Shown here one piece after another: positions 14,876-24,124 of a DNA stretch of 29,296 nt. Below the pieces are notes generated by a model. It was not told the DNA's origin. It did not search any database and saw only the letters and a program-made list of their open reading frames with translations. Origin of the DNA: an uncultured SAR86 cluster bacterium (GTDB lineage Bacteria > Pseudomonadota > Gammaproteobacteria > Magnimaribacterales > D2472); contig CALJHI010000118.1 in NCBI GenBank assembly GCA_938075575.1, positions 1-29,296 of the forward strand, written 5' to 3'. How positions within the stretch are numbered: position 1 is the stretch's first letter; every line of letters starts with the position of its first letter. Made by a program: the position numbers and the translations under genes.

Positions 14876-16612
14876 ATGATTAATAGTGTAAATGAAATTA
14901 TAGATTCTTTTTTTACAGAATCATTTGAAATTGATAAAGAAAGCTTCTCTAAGATTAAAAAGAAATATACAACCTCAATAACTGACAGTCTTGATAAAGG
15001 GCATTTAACAACCAATGTTTGTATGATTGCTGCGGGAATCTTGAAAAAGAATCCTCGGGAGCTATCTGTAAGCTTGGCTTCTGAACTTCAAAAATCAATA
15101 AATATTGAAGAAGCTATTTCAGCAGGTCCTGGGTTTATTAATATCTATTTAACACGAGGCGCCTTTGTTCATTCAATTAAACAAGCTAACAATGAGCTAT
15201 TAAGCTATGGAAATAGTAAAGGTGAAAATAAAAGAAAAATCCAAATAGAGTTTGTTTCAGCAAACCCGACCGGGCCTCTTCATGTAGGCCATGGCAGAGG
15301 CGCTGCCTATGGAGATGCAATAGGAAGAATACTTGAAGCCTGCGGACATGAGGTGGAAAAAGAATACTACGTGAATGATGCTGGTAGGCAAATAGATATT
15401 TTAACAAGTAGCGTTTCTTTAAGATTAATGGGTGTTGATGATGAAGAAATGCCTGAAAGTTCATATAGAGGAAAATATATAGCTGAGATTGCAGAAAAAT
15501 ATATTCAATCTTATGGAAATTCTGCTCATGATAAAGATATTATTATGGCCAATTTACCTGGAGATAGTGAAAAAGAGATTGATGAGATAACAAGAAGAAT
15601 AAAAAAAGATCCTACTTTATGGAATAGTATCAAAGAGCTTTCACTTAATGAGGTATTGCACTCAATAAAGCATGATCTTAAAGAATTTAATGTAATCCAT
15701 GACAGATGGTATTTTGAATCTTCGCTAGGTCGACTTGAGGACCCTTCCTCTCAAATAAGTAATGCTATGAGTTACCTTGAAAAAAAAGGCCAGGCTTACA
15801 AAGAAGATGGGGCATTATGGCTTAACACATCATTAGCAAAAGACGATAAGAATAGGGTCTTAGTCAGAGAGGATGGAAGACCAACCTACTTCGCGTCTGA
15901 TGTTGCCTATCACAAAGATAAAATAGACAGAGGGTTTGATACTTTGATTAATGTATGGGGTGCTGATCATCATGGGTATATTAAAAGAATTGAATCTTCT
16001 ATTGAGGGACTTGGATTTGATAAAGAAAAATTGAATGTCCAACTTGTTCAATTTGCCAACCTCTTTAGAGATGGGAAGAAAGTTAAGATGTCGACTAGGA
16101 GTGGTGAATTTTATACTCTCAAAGATCTTATAAAAGAAATTGGGAGAGACGCGGCAAGGTTTTATTATCTTTCTAAACAGGCTGATCAACACCTTGACTT
16201 CGATATTGATCTGGCAAAGTCGGATAATAAAGAAAATATCTTTTATTACATTCAATATGCTCATGCGAGGATATGCTCATTACAAAATAAGTTCATGGAA
16301 GATAACGCATCCCTACCAAATTCAAGTATAGAGATTGAATTAAATAACTATAAAAAATGCGATGAACTTATTCATGAAATCAGTAAGTTTCCGGGAGTTG
16401 TTCAAAGGTCTGCCGCGAATCTTCATCCTCATTTAATAATTTACTTTCTAAAGGATTTTGCTCAATCATTTCATAGCTTCTATAACGATAATCACGTTTT
16501 ATCAGAATCTAGTAAAAATACTGAATCAATTCTATATTGCTTGAATGCAGCAAAGCAGGTTCTTGCAAATGGTTTAAATCTCCTTGGCATTAAACCTATT
16601 GAAAAAATGTAA
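14876..16612 (+). CDS. argS: Arginyl-tRNA synthetase
   Basis: EFVSANPTGPLHVGHGRGA (HIGH), EYYVNDAG, YFASDVAYH, WGADHHGY, KMSTR, YIQYAHAR. Start ATG 14876 (the track's TTG 14834 lies inside efp). Confidence 0.98.
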   Translation: MINSVNEIIDSFFTESFEIDKESFSKIKKKYTTSITDSLDKGHLTTNVCMIAAGILKKNPRELSVSLASELQKSINIEEAISAGPGFINIYLTRGAFVHSIKQANNELLSYGNSKGENKRKIQIEFVSANPTGPLHVGHGRGAAYGDAIGRILEACGHEVEKEYYVNDAGRQIDILTSSVSLRLMGVDDEEMPESSYRGKYIAEIAEKYIQSYGNSAHDKDIIMANLPGDSEKEIDEITRRIKKDPTLWNSIKELSLNEVLHSIKHDLKEFNVIHDRWYFESSLGRLEDPSSQISNAMSYLEKKGQAYKEDGALWLNTSLAKDDKNRVLVREDGRPTYFASDVAYHKDKIDRGFDTLINVWGADHHGYIKRIESSIEGLGFDKEKLNVQLVQFANLFRDGKKVKMSTRSGEFYTLKDLIKEIGRDAARFYYLSKQADQHLDFDIDLAKSDNKENIFYYIQYAHARICSLQNKFMEDNASLPNSSIEIELNNYKKCDELIHEISKFPGVVQRSAANLHPHLIIYFLKDFAQSFHSFYNDNHVLSESSKNTESILYCLNAAKQVLANGLNLLGIKPIEKM

Positions 16613-16618
16613 CCACAT

Positions 16619-17155
16619 ATGAAGGACTTTGCAAAGAGAAAATCTCAGGCAACTCTGAAGAAATCAAAGAATAGGCCATCCTATAAGGCTAGACACTCAC
16701 AAGAAAAAGTTATTCCAAATAGCCAGCTATTCTTTCTTCTTTTTTTAGCAATTATTTGTATATTTACCTCTTTATATTATTTTGGAACAGATATAAAAAC
16801 ATTTGAGCCCAGAGAAATTAATAATGAAATTGAATTTAATTTCCCTACGAAATTTGAGGAGAATGAGATCCTTATAAAAGTGGATGCGCAAAATAATAAT
16901 AATGTTTCATGCATTTATCTATTACAGGTAGAGACCTATGGCAAGAAAGAGTATGCAAATGAGACTCTTGAGGCTGTTAAAAATGAAGGGGAAGCTATTA
17001 TTGATGAAGTGGATAGTGTCGCAAGACCAGGAAAGATTTTTTATAGGGTCCTTATTGGACCTTATGCAAATAGATCTCAAGTAAATAACTCAAGAGAGCG
17101 ACTTATAGAAAAGGGTTATTCTCCTCTAGTGAGGCAGTCATGCTCAAAGAAATAA
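16619..17155 (+). CDS. SPOR-domain membrane protein (FtsN-like)
   Basis: Basic N-terminus MKDFAKRK, a single TM, C-terminal SPOR (YLLQV...FYRVLIGPY..R......L...G). It follows argS as in many gammaproteobacteria. Confidence 0.75.
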   Translation: MKDFAKRKSQATLKKSKNRPSYKARHSQEKVIPNSQLFFLLFLAIICIFTSLYYFGTDIKTFEPREINNEIEFNFPTKFEENEILIKVDAQNNNNVSCIYLLQVETYGKKEYANETLEAVKNEGEAIIDEVDSVARPGKIFYRVLIGPYANRSQVNNSRERLIEKGYSPLVRQSCSKK

Positions 17156-17832
17156 AAAATAATATTAATTTATTGGAGGCTGATTTTAGCTCTATTAAAA
17201 GACAAGATAATGAAATTTTTAGTCTTAGCAGTGTCGTTGCGGTCTCTAAAAAAAAATTATATGAGCATATTAAAAAAGCTTACGAAAACAAAATTAAGAA
17301 CTTTGGAGAAAACTATGCCCAAGAGCTTGATGAAAAAAACAGGCTATCTACAAATGATGGTTTAGATATTATTTGGCATTTTATTGGCCCTATTCAGTCT
17401 AATAAAATTAGAATTATTGCAAGGAGTGCAGACTGGGTGCACTCTCTTAGCAGGACAAAAGAAGCAGACATTTTAAATAATGAATGTTCTTCCCTAGGCA
17501 AAGTTATGAATGTTCTGATACAAGTTAATATTTCAGAAGAGGTTACTAAAAGTGGTATCAAGAAAGAAGAACTTCATAGCTTTGCTCAATATATTTCTGA
17601 AAAAAAGCATCTTTCCTTAAAAGGCATTATGGTAATGCCTAGGATTAGTCGAGATACTAATGAAATAATATCTTCAATGAAAGAATCTAAAAAATTACAT
17701 GCATCTCTTCTAGAAATATACCCCGAGGCATCCAGCCTTTCTATGGGAACAACCTCTGATTATAAGATAGCTATTGCTTGTGGTTCAACGATGATTAGAA
17801 TAGGTGAATTGATCTTTGGCAAACGAAAATGA
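17140..17832 (+). CDS. yggS: PLP homeostasis protein YggS
   Basis: VAVSK (PLP Lys), FGENYAQE, WHFIGPIQSNK, IQVNIS.E..KSG, LSMG, GSTMIRIG. Confidence 0.93.
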   Translation: MLKEIKNNINLLEADFSSIKRQDNEIFSLSSVVAVSKKKLYEHIKKAYENKIKNFGENYAQELDEKNRLSTNDGLDIIWHFIGPIQSNKIRIIARSADWVHSLSRTKEADILNNECSSLGKVMNVLIQVNISEEVTKSGIKKEELHSFAQYISEKKHLSLKGIMVMPRISRDTNEIISSMKESKKLHASLLEIYPEASSLSMGTTSDYKIAIACGSTMIRIGELIFGKRK

Positions 17833-18614
17833 ATAAAATTTTATTTTATGGTGGGGGCAATATTGCTCAGGCAATAATATCTGGGCTGCTAAGCGCTGGA
17901 TTTAATAAAAAATTAATAAGTTTTGTTGACAGAAATGATTCTAATAGATCTAAACTCAGCGAGCTAGGAATAAAAGAGAGAAATCTAAAAGATAAAATTG
18001 ATCTTGTTATTTTGTGTGTAAAGCCTAAGGATATATCGCTTGCGCTTAAAGAAATTTCCTCTGGTTTTAATAATCCTAAAGTGCTGAGCTTGGTTGCTGG
18101 AGTTAGTTCAAGAAAGTATCTGACTGCTGTTCACAATATTAAGCTTATTAGGGGGATGCCTAATACATCGTCAGAATTTAGAATGGGCATAACAGCACTA
18201 TTGAACATTAATGCATCGAAGAAACTTTATAAAGATACTAAGACTCTCTTTAAACTTGTTGGAATAACCTTAGATTTAAAATCAGAAAATCAGATTAATG
18301 ACTTTACGGGTCTTATTGGAAGTGGCCCTGCTTATTTTTTTTATATACTAAAATCATATGAAAAATTGCTGCTTAAGATGGCAGATGGCGATGAGAGCTT
18401 GGTTAAGTCTATAATGGCTAACCTAATGAATGGTGTGGGCGAGTCTGTTAAAGGCAAAGAATCTTTGGATGAATTAATTTCAGCTGTAGCGTCCAAAAAA
18501 GGCACAACCGAAGCAGGAATAAATTCAATGAAATCAGAAAAAATTACCGTCTCTTTTAATAGGTCTTTAAAAGCTGCGATGAAAAGAGCTAAGGAGATTG
18601 CTGATGAGTCCTAA
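17829..18614 (+). CDS. proC: Pyrroline-5-carboxylate reductase
   Basis: GGGNIA, ILCVKP, IRGMPNT, GSGPAYFF, VASKKGTTEAG. Follows yggS. Confidence 0.92.
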   Translation: MNKILFYGGGNIAQAIISGLLSAGFNKKLISFVDRNDSNRSKLSELGIKERNLKDKIDLVILCVKPKDISLALKEISSGFNNPKVLSLVAGVSSRKYLTAVHNIKLIRGMPNTSSEFRMGITALLNINASKKLYKDTKTLFKLVGITLDLKSENQINDFTGLIGSGPAYFFYILKSYEKLLLKMADGDESLVKSIMANLMNGVGESVKGKESLDELISAVASKKGTTEAGINSMKSEKITVSFNRSLKAAMKRAKEIADES

Positions 18615-19131
18615 CGCTGCTCAATTGATAGTTCTTCTAAGCGGATTACTGAGCTATATTGTAAACATATACTTTATATTTAATCTTTTAAAAGTAGATT
18701 ACTTTAATCCTGTTGTTAAAATTTTTGTAAAGTTATTTAAACCTGTATCTCAGCTCTTATTCTTCATACCAAACCAAATTATGCTTGCTTTAATTGTTGC
18801 GGTATTTCTTAAATTTATTGGGTTTTATGTTGCGTATGGAAGCGAATATGCTATCGGTAATCTTCTTGGTATTGCATTTCTTGCTACAGTGAATATTACC
18901 CTTCAGATATTACTTTACTCAATAATAGGAGCAGTCATTATAAGTTGGGTTGCTCAAAACAATGAGCATCCCTTATTAAAAGTGATAGGAGAGATTTCAG
19001 ATAAGATTCTTTATCCTATTAAAAATGTTATCCCTGCTATGGGAGGCTTGGACATATCTCCATTGTTTGGTCTTATCTTAATACAATATCTGCAGGCTTT
19101 TGTTGGCGGAATTATTCAATCATTAGCATGA
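18604..19131 (+). CDS. yggT: YggT-family membrane protein
   Basis: DYFNPVV, IISWV, ILYPIKNVIPAMGGLDISP. Follows proC. ATG 18604 is preferred to TTG 18598. Confidence 0.85.
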   Translation: MSPNAAQLIVLLSGLLSYIVNIYFIFNLLKVDYFNPVVKIFVKLFKPVSQLLFFIPNQIMLALIVAVFLKFIGFYVAYGSEYAIGNLLGIAFLATVNITLQILLYSIIGAVIISWVAQNNEHPLLKVIGEISDKILYPIKNVIPAMGGLDISPLFGLILIQYLQAFVGGIIQSLA

Positions 19132-20222
19132 GAATAGAAAGCAAGAAAATTGAATTTAATCAAGAGCTAACTCTTGAGTGTGGTAAGTCACTTCCTAAGT
19201 TTGATTTGATGGTTGAGACATATGGGGAGCTTAATGAAAAGAAAACAAATGCTATTTTAGTTTGTCATGCCTTCTCAGGAAACCATCACGCTGCAGGAAT
19301 GTTGGAATCAGAAACAACTGCTGGCTGGTGGGATCAAATTATTGGTCCGGACAAAGCAATAGATACTAATAAATACTTTGTTGTAAGCTCAAATAATATA
19401 GGTGGCTGCAGTGGCTCTTCCGGCCCTGCCTCTGAAAATCCATTAAATGGAGAAATTTATGGTGCAGATTTCCCAGTTGTCTCTGTAACTGACTGGGTAA
19501 ATACACAAAAGATATTAATGGATCATCTTGGTATAGATAAATGGGAGCTGGTGCTTGGTGGAAGTTTGGGTGGAATGCAGGCATTGCAGTGGGCCATATC
19601 ATTCCCAGAACATGTAAAAAAAGCTGGAATATTTGCAGCCGCCGCTCAGGCAAGTACACAAAATATTGCCATGAATGAAGTTGCAAGAGAGTCTATAAGA
19701 AAAGATGAAAACTTTTATGGGGGCTTTTATTTAAAAAATAAAACTAAGCCTAAAAAAGGTCTAAAAACTGCTAGGATGCTTGGGCATATCACCTACCTAT
19801 CAGAAGAACATATGGATCTAAGATTTGGTAGAAAGTTTCAAGATATTGAATCGCGAGTTGCAACAGATGTGGATTTTCAAATAGAAAATTATCTTCAATA
19901 CAAGGGAGAAAAATTTTCTGATGCCTTTGATGCAAATACATATATCTTGATGACAAAGGCAATGGATAATTATGATCCAGCAAGCCTGACCGGAGGCATT
20001 CTGGAAGACGCACTAAAAAATGTAAAATCTAGGCTATTAGTTGTCGGATTTAAAACAGATTGGCTTTTTCCTCCAAAAAAAGGAAAAGAAATTCAACTTG
20101 CTGCTATGAGGTCCGGTGTAGACTCTTCTTTTGTAATTCTTGATGGCAAGCATGGACACGATAGTTTTCTGTTCCTATCAGATAGATATTTTAAATTAAT
20201 TCGCTCTTTTCTTGAATCATAA
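19128..20222 (+). CDS. metX: Homoserine O-acyltransferase MetX (acetyl or succinyl donor not determinable here)
   Basis: NAILVCHAFSG, GWWDQIIGP, GGSLGGMQA (Ser), DWLFP (Asp), HGHDSFL (His), FDANTY. Confidence 0.95.
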   Translation: MRIESKKIEFNQELTLECGKSLPKFDLMVETYGELNEKKTNAILVCHAFSGNHHAAGMLESETTAGWWDQIIGPDKAIDTNKYFVVSSNNIGGCSGSSGPASENPLNGEIYGADFPVVSVTDWVNTQKILMDHLGIDKWELVLGGSLGGMQALQWAISFPEHVKKAGIFAAAAQASTQNIAMNEVARESIRKDENFYGGFYLKNKTKPKKGLKTARMLGHITYLSEEHMDLRFGRKFQDIESRVATDVDFQIENYLQYKGEKFSDAFDANTYILMTKAMDNYDPASLTGGILEDALKNVKSRLLVVGFKTDWLFPPKKGKEIQLAAMRSGVDSSFVILDGKHGHDSFLFLSDRYFKLIRSFLES

Positions 20223-20227
20223 TAATT

Positions 20228-20815
20228 ATGCCAATAACTGAAATCATAAAAAACTGGGTTCCAAGCAAATCTAGGGTAATAGACTTTGGATGTGGCGATG
20301 GTACCTTGTTATGTGATCTTAAAGCATCAAAAAAAATTATAGGTTATGGCGTGGAAATTGATAAAGATCAGATTGAGCTATGTATTGGGAACGGGGTATC
20401 AGTCATCGAACAAGATATTGATCAGGGGATTCAGGATTTTTATTCATATGATTTTGATATAGCCATTATGGCTAGCTCCATCCAGTGTCTAAAAAATCCA
20501 GACATTGCTCTTGAAAGAATGTTAAATATTGCTGATGAGTGCATAGTAACCCTGCCCAACTTTGGTTTTTGGAAATGTAGGTTGGATATTATTCTTGGTA
20601 AAATGCCTGTAACTAAAAGCCTGCCACTATCCTGGTATGAAACTAATAACTCTCACCTTTGCACAATTAGAGACTTTGAAAGATTGTGTGATGATAGGGG
20701 TTTTTTAATTAAAAAAAGAAAGTACCTTAATCATAATTACAAACAGGACTGGCTATCATCCCTTAGACCAAACTTATATGCATCTGAAGGAGTTTATTTA
20801 ATTGCAAAAAAATAA
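20228..20815 (+). CDS. metW: Methionine biosynthesis protein MetW (SAM-methyltransferase fold)
   Basis: VIDFGCGDG, GYGVEID, IVTLPNFGFW, WYETNNSHLCTIRDFE. Follows metX. Confidence 0.92.
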   Translation: MPITEIIKNWVPSKSRVIDFGCGDGTLLCDLKASKKIIGYGVEIDKDQIELCIGNGVSVIEQDIDQGIQDFYSYDFDIAIMASSIQCLKNPDIALERMLNIADECIVTLPNFGFWKCRLDIILGKMPVTKSLPLSWYETNNSHLCTIRDFERLCDDRGFLIKKRKYLNHNYKQDWLSSLRPNLYASEGVYLIAKK

Positions 20816-21398
20816 AAAGGCACTAATAGCATCTTCAAATAAAGGGAAGATTAAAGAGTTCCAGAAAATTTTTTCAGAGCTAGACTTGGTTTCTCTTAGA
20901 GATCTTGAAATTCATGATGCCATTGAGGACGGTCTTAGTTTTTTAGAAAATGCTATTTTAAAAGCAAGACATGGAGCAAAGCACTCCGAACTTTATTCTA
21001 TTGCTGATGATTCTGGATTAGTAGTTCCAGATCTAAACTTTCAGCCTGGAATATACTCAGCTAGATACGCTGGCGAGAATGCCAATGATAAGCTAAATAG
21101 AGAAAAGCTTAGAGCTTCAATTGCCAACTTTGGTAAAGAGAGTCTAGATGCTTATTATGTATGCATTATTGTTGGGATGCATGATGAGAATGATCCTATG
21201 CCAATAGTTGCATCTGGGAAAATACATGGAAAGGTCTCAATTCAAGAAAGTGGTGAAGGAGGCTTTGGATATGACAAGCTCTTTTATCCCGACGGCTATG
21301 ATATGTCCATGGCATCCATTAGCGCTGATATCAAAAATAGCATTAGTCATCGAGGAATCGCTGCAAAGCAATTTATAGAGAAGTTCAGGGCAAATTGA
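20802..21398 (+). CDS. rdgB: Non-canonical purine NTP pyrophosphatase
   Basis: ASSNKGKIKE, ENAILKA, ADDSGL, PGIYSARYAG, GFGYD, ISHRG. TTG start. Confidence 0.95.
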   Translation: MQKNKKALIASSNKGKIKEFQKIFSELDLVSLRDLEIHDAIEDGLSFLENAILKARHGAKHSELYSIADDSGLVVPDLNFQPGIYSARYAGENANDKLNREKLRASIANFGKESLDAYYVCIIVGMHDENDPMPIVASGKIHGKVSIQESGEGGFGYDKLFYPDGYDMSMASISADIKNSISHRGIAAKQFIEKFRAN

Positions 21399-22519
21399 AT
21401 CTAAAAAAAATACCCTTAAGTCTATATATACATCTTCCATGGTGTGAAAAAAAGTGTCCCTACTGCGACTTTAATATAAGTACAAATAAGAATGATATTG
21501 ATGAAAAAAAATTAATTGAATCAATTATCAGGGACATAGAAAGTTCTTATGAAAAAATTAATGGCAGGCGATTTATATCTATATACTTTGGCGGCGGAAC
21601 TCCCTCCCTAGTTAAAGCCAAGATGATAGAAAAAATAATCTCACATCTTGAAAACAAAAATCTTATTCAGAATAATGCAGAAATAAGTTTTGAATTTAAT
21701 CCTAATGAAATAAATAATAAATATTTAGATTCAATATGCTCTATCGGGATAAATAGACTTTCAATTGGCATTCAGAGCTTTGATAATAAAACATTGAATT
21801 CTCTTGAAAGAAATCATGATGAAAATAAATCTATAGAAGCCTTAGAAATTATATCTAAATACCATCATGTTAAATCAAGCATAGATTTAATTTATGGCGT
21901 AATGGATCAGAGCATAGATTCATTTGTAGAGGATTTAGAAAAATTTTGCAGTTATGATTTAATACATTTATCTTTATATCAGCTTACTATTGAGCCAAAT
22001 ACAATCTTTTATAAAAAAGAACTGAGAATACCCAGCGAAGAGATAATTGAGAGCATGGAGCTTTCTGCAAAGAGAATTCTTAATTCAAATGGATATTCTC
22101 AGTATGAGGTTTCGTCTTGGAGCAAAAAAGGTTTTGAGGGGATTCACAATATGAACTATTGGACCTATGGCGATTATCTTGGGGTTGGGCCAGGAGCTCA
22201 TTCAAAAATCACTAAAAAAAATGGAATTTACAGAAGTCTTAAATTGAAGAAGTTATCTTCATATATTGAAAATCCCATTAAAGATAATGGAGGCCTTGTT
22301 CCACCAGAAGATATTGATATTGACATTGCTATGAATTTTTTAAGAATAAAAAAAGGCGTTAGCTTTGAGAAAATCCAACAAAATTGTTTGTTTGTATCAG
22401 ACCAATTTCAAAATAAACTTTATGATGCAATTGATAGGGGTTTAATTTCATCAGACAGGTTCAAGGCAACAAAAAAGGGATTTAAATTTCTAAACGACAC
22501 TGTAAATCTTTTTAGCTAA
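21395..22519 (+). CDS. hemW: Radical SAM heme chaperone HemW (YggW)
   Basis: LYIHLPWCEKKCPYCDFN (H-x-P-x-CX3CX2C), IYFGGGTPS, NRLSIGIQSF, YEVSSW, HNMNYW..GDYLGVGPGAH. Follows rdgB. Confidence 0.92.
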   Translation: MNLKKIPLSLYIHLPWCEKKCPYCDFNISTNKNDIDEKKLIESIIRDIESSYEKINGRRFISIYFGGGTPSLVKAKMIEKIISHLENKNLIQNNAEISFEFNPNEINNKYLDSICSIGINRLSIGIQSFDNKTLNSLERNHDENKSIEALEIISKYHHVKSSIDLIYGVMDQSIDSFVEDLEKFCSYDLIHLSLYQLTIEPNTIFYKKELRIPSEEIIESMELSAKRILNSNGYSQYEVSSWSKKGFEGIHNMNYWTYGDYLGVGPGAHSKITKKNGIYRSLKLKKLSSYIENPIKDNGGLVPPEDIDIDIAMNFLRIKKGVSFEKIQQNCLFVSDQFQNKLYDAIDRGLISSDRFKATKKGFKFLNDTVNLFS

Positions 22520-23160
22520 GCTTTATATAAATTAAATTTATGAATCTTTCTGCCTTCCTTCATGGCTCGTGCTTGAAATCTTGTAATCGGCAAGTTGCTG
22601 AAAAGCTCAGATCTAGAAACAAGAAGCTTGTCTGTATTGGCAACAGCTTCATCTATATTTTCAGCATAATCTTCCCAGTCAGTAGCTATATATAGTGATG
22701 ATTTTTTTTTGAGTTTTGACGCAACCAGTTCAAGGAATTCTTTTTTTATTAGCCTGCGCTTATGATGTCTTGCTTTTGGCCAGGGGTCTGGGCAAATAAT
22801 TAAAATACCATCCAATACTGGGATCTTGATACCATCTAATAGCTCCCTGACATCTCCATTATGTATCCTTATATTTTGGATATCTTTTTCTAAAATCTTT
22901 CCTATTAAAGAACCTATTCCTGAAAGATATACTTCAGATCCAATGAATAAAGAATCTGGATTATTTAGAGCCATTGAAATGATATTTTCACCATCTCCGA
23001 AACCTATCTCTATAAATACTTTGCTGAACTCTTTAGACAGAGCTGTGAAATCCTCACCATCTTTAACCTCATAAGCGCTAAGCTGCTTAACATTTGATTC
23101 TTGGTGTTTAGTTATTCTGCCTCTTCGTTTTACAAAAGATGGTAAATACTTGAATTGCAT
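22516..23160 (-). CDS. trmB: tRNA (guanine-N7)-methyltransferase
   Basis: SFVKRRGRIT, EIGFGDG, FIGSEV, PDPWPKARHHKRRLI, ATDWEDYA, TRFQ. Confidence 0.95.
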   Translation of the reverse strand: MQFKYLPSFVKRRGRITKHQESNVKQLSAYEVKDGEDFTALSKEFSKVFIEIGFGDGENIISMALNNPDSLFIGSEVYLSGIGSLIGKILEKDIQNIRIHNGDVRELLDGIKIPVLDGILIICPDPWPKARHHKRRLIKKEFLELVASKLKKKSSLYIATDWEDYAENIDEAVANTDKLLVSRSELFSNLPITRFQARAMKEGRKIHKFNLYKA

Positions 23161-23195
23161 TATTTGCTAGCTTTCAGATATAGCTTTATAGATTC

Positions 23196-24056
23196 TTAAG
23201 CGGCATCACCCATAGAAGCTTTTAACTTTTTAAGAGCTCCGGTTTCTATTTGCCTTATTCTTTCTGCAGAAACGCCATATTCATCAGCAAGGTCATGGAG
23301 TGTAGCTTTTTGATCTGATAAGTATCTTCTTGATAAAATATCCTTACTTCTATCATCTAGAAGCTTTAATGCGGTCATTAGATTTTGATTGTTAACTTGC
23401 TCAACTTCAGCATCTGAAACCATCATCTCTGGATCGTATCTCTTATCTTCAAGATATTGAGCAGGTGACATCATCTCTTCATCATCAGCTGAAGAAATAG
23501 GACTATCAAAGGCTGCATCTGTTGAAGAGAGTCTATTCTCCATATGCAAAACATCTTTTACCTCAACATTTAAATCATTTGCAATTTTTTCTGCCTCATC
23601 TTTTGTTAACCAATCGAGTGATTTCTTTTTACTTCTAAGGTTAAAGAATAATTTCCTTTGGGCTTTAGTGGTGGCAATTTTGACTAGCCTCCAGTTTCTT
23701 AAAATATACTCATGAATCTCAGCCTTTATCCAATGAACTGCAAAAGAAACTACTTTCACGCCTTTATTTGGATCAAATTTATCTACTGCCTTCATTAGCC
23801 CAACATTGCCTTCTTGGATGATGTCTGCAAGAGGAAGTCCGTACCCTTGGTACGATCTTGCTATATGCACAACAAATCTTAAATGATGAATAACCAGCTG
23901 TCTTGCCGCATCAAGATCATCTTCGTCGTAAAGCTTAAATGCTAGCTCTTGCTCTTGTTCTTTTGTGAGAATAGGAATTGAATGCACAGATGCAAGATAA
24001 GTCTCTATGTCCTTACCCGGCGTAGTTAAATTGATCGGCTGTAAACTTGTTCCCAT
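23196..24056 (-). CDS. rpoH: RNA polymerase sigma-32 factor
   Basis: LRFVVHIARSY.GYGLP.ADIIQEGNVGLMKAV, RpoH box IATTKAQRKLFFNLR, GVSAERIRQIE. Confidence 0.97.
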   Translation of the reverse strand: MGTSLQPINLTTPGKDIETYLASVHSIPILTKEQEQELAFKLYDEDDLDAARQLVIHHLRFVVHIARSYQGYGLPLADIIQEGNVGLMKAVDKFDPNKGVKVVSFAVHWIKAEIHEYILRNWRLVKIATTKAQRKLFFNLRSKKKSLDWLTKDEAEKIANDLNVEVKDVLHMENRLSSTDAAFDSPISSADDEEMMSPAQYLEDKRYDPEMMVSDAEVEQVNNQNLMTALKLLDDRSKDILSRRYLSDQKATLHDLADEYGVSAERIRQIETGALKKLKASMGDAA

Positions 24057-24076
24057 ATTCTATCTATATTTAAAAT

Positions 24077-24094
24077 TTATATTATATTATATTA
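24077..24094. repeat. Pentamer tandem repeat (TTATA)x3.6 upstream of rpoH
   Basis: TTATA TTATA TTATA TTA read directly. On the minus strand it generates two overlapping TATAAT hexamers. Confidence 0.55.
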
Positions 24095-24115
24095 ATTTTT
24101 TATAACGAACTAGAT

Positions 24116-24124
24116 ATTATAGCA
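24116..24124 (-). promoter_or_regulatory. Perfect extended -10 element TGCTATAAT, candidate rpoH promoter
   Basis: Minus strand TG-C-TATAAT overlapping the last codons and stop of cysQ, 59 nt upstream of the rpoH ATG. Confidence 0.45.

Noticed and set aside
14328-16331. Antisense or alternative ORFs over efp and argS (14328-14510, 14803-15015, 15186-15464, 15860-16264, 16140-16331)
   Set aside because: All overlap essential conserved genes and have no independent coding signal.
19366-21440. Minus-strand ORFs within metX and rdgB (19366-19686, 19789-20013, 21237-21440)
   Set aside because: Antisense shadows.
22702-22710. T9 homopolymer in trmB as a phase-variation or frameshift site
   Set aside because: It encodes in-frame Lys-Lys-Lys on the minus strand, the ORF is intact, and such runs are common at this base composition.
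23168-23187. AGCT-N9-AGCT hairpin between rpoH and trmB as a terminator
   Set aside because: Only a 4-bp stem and no U-tract on the coding strand.
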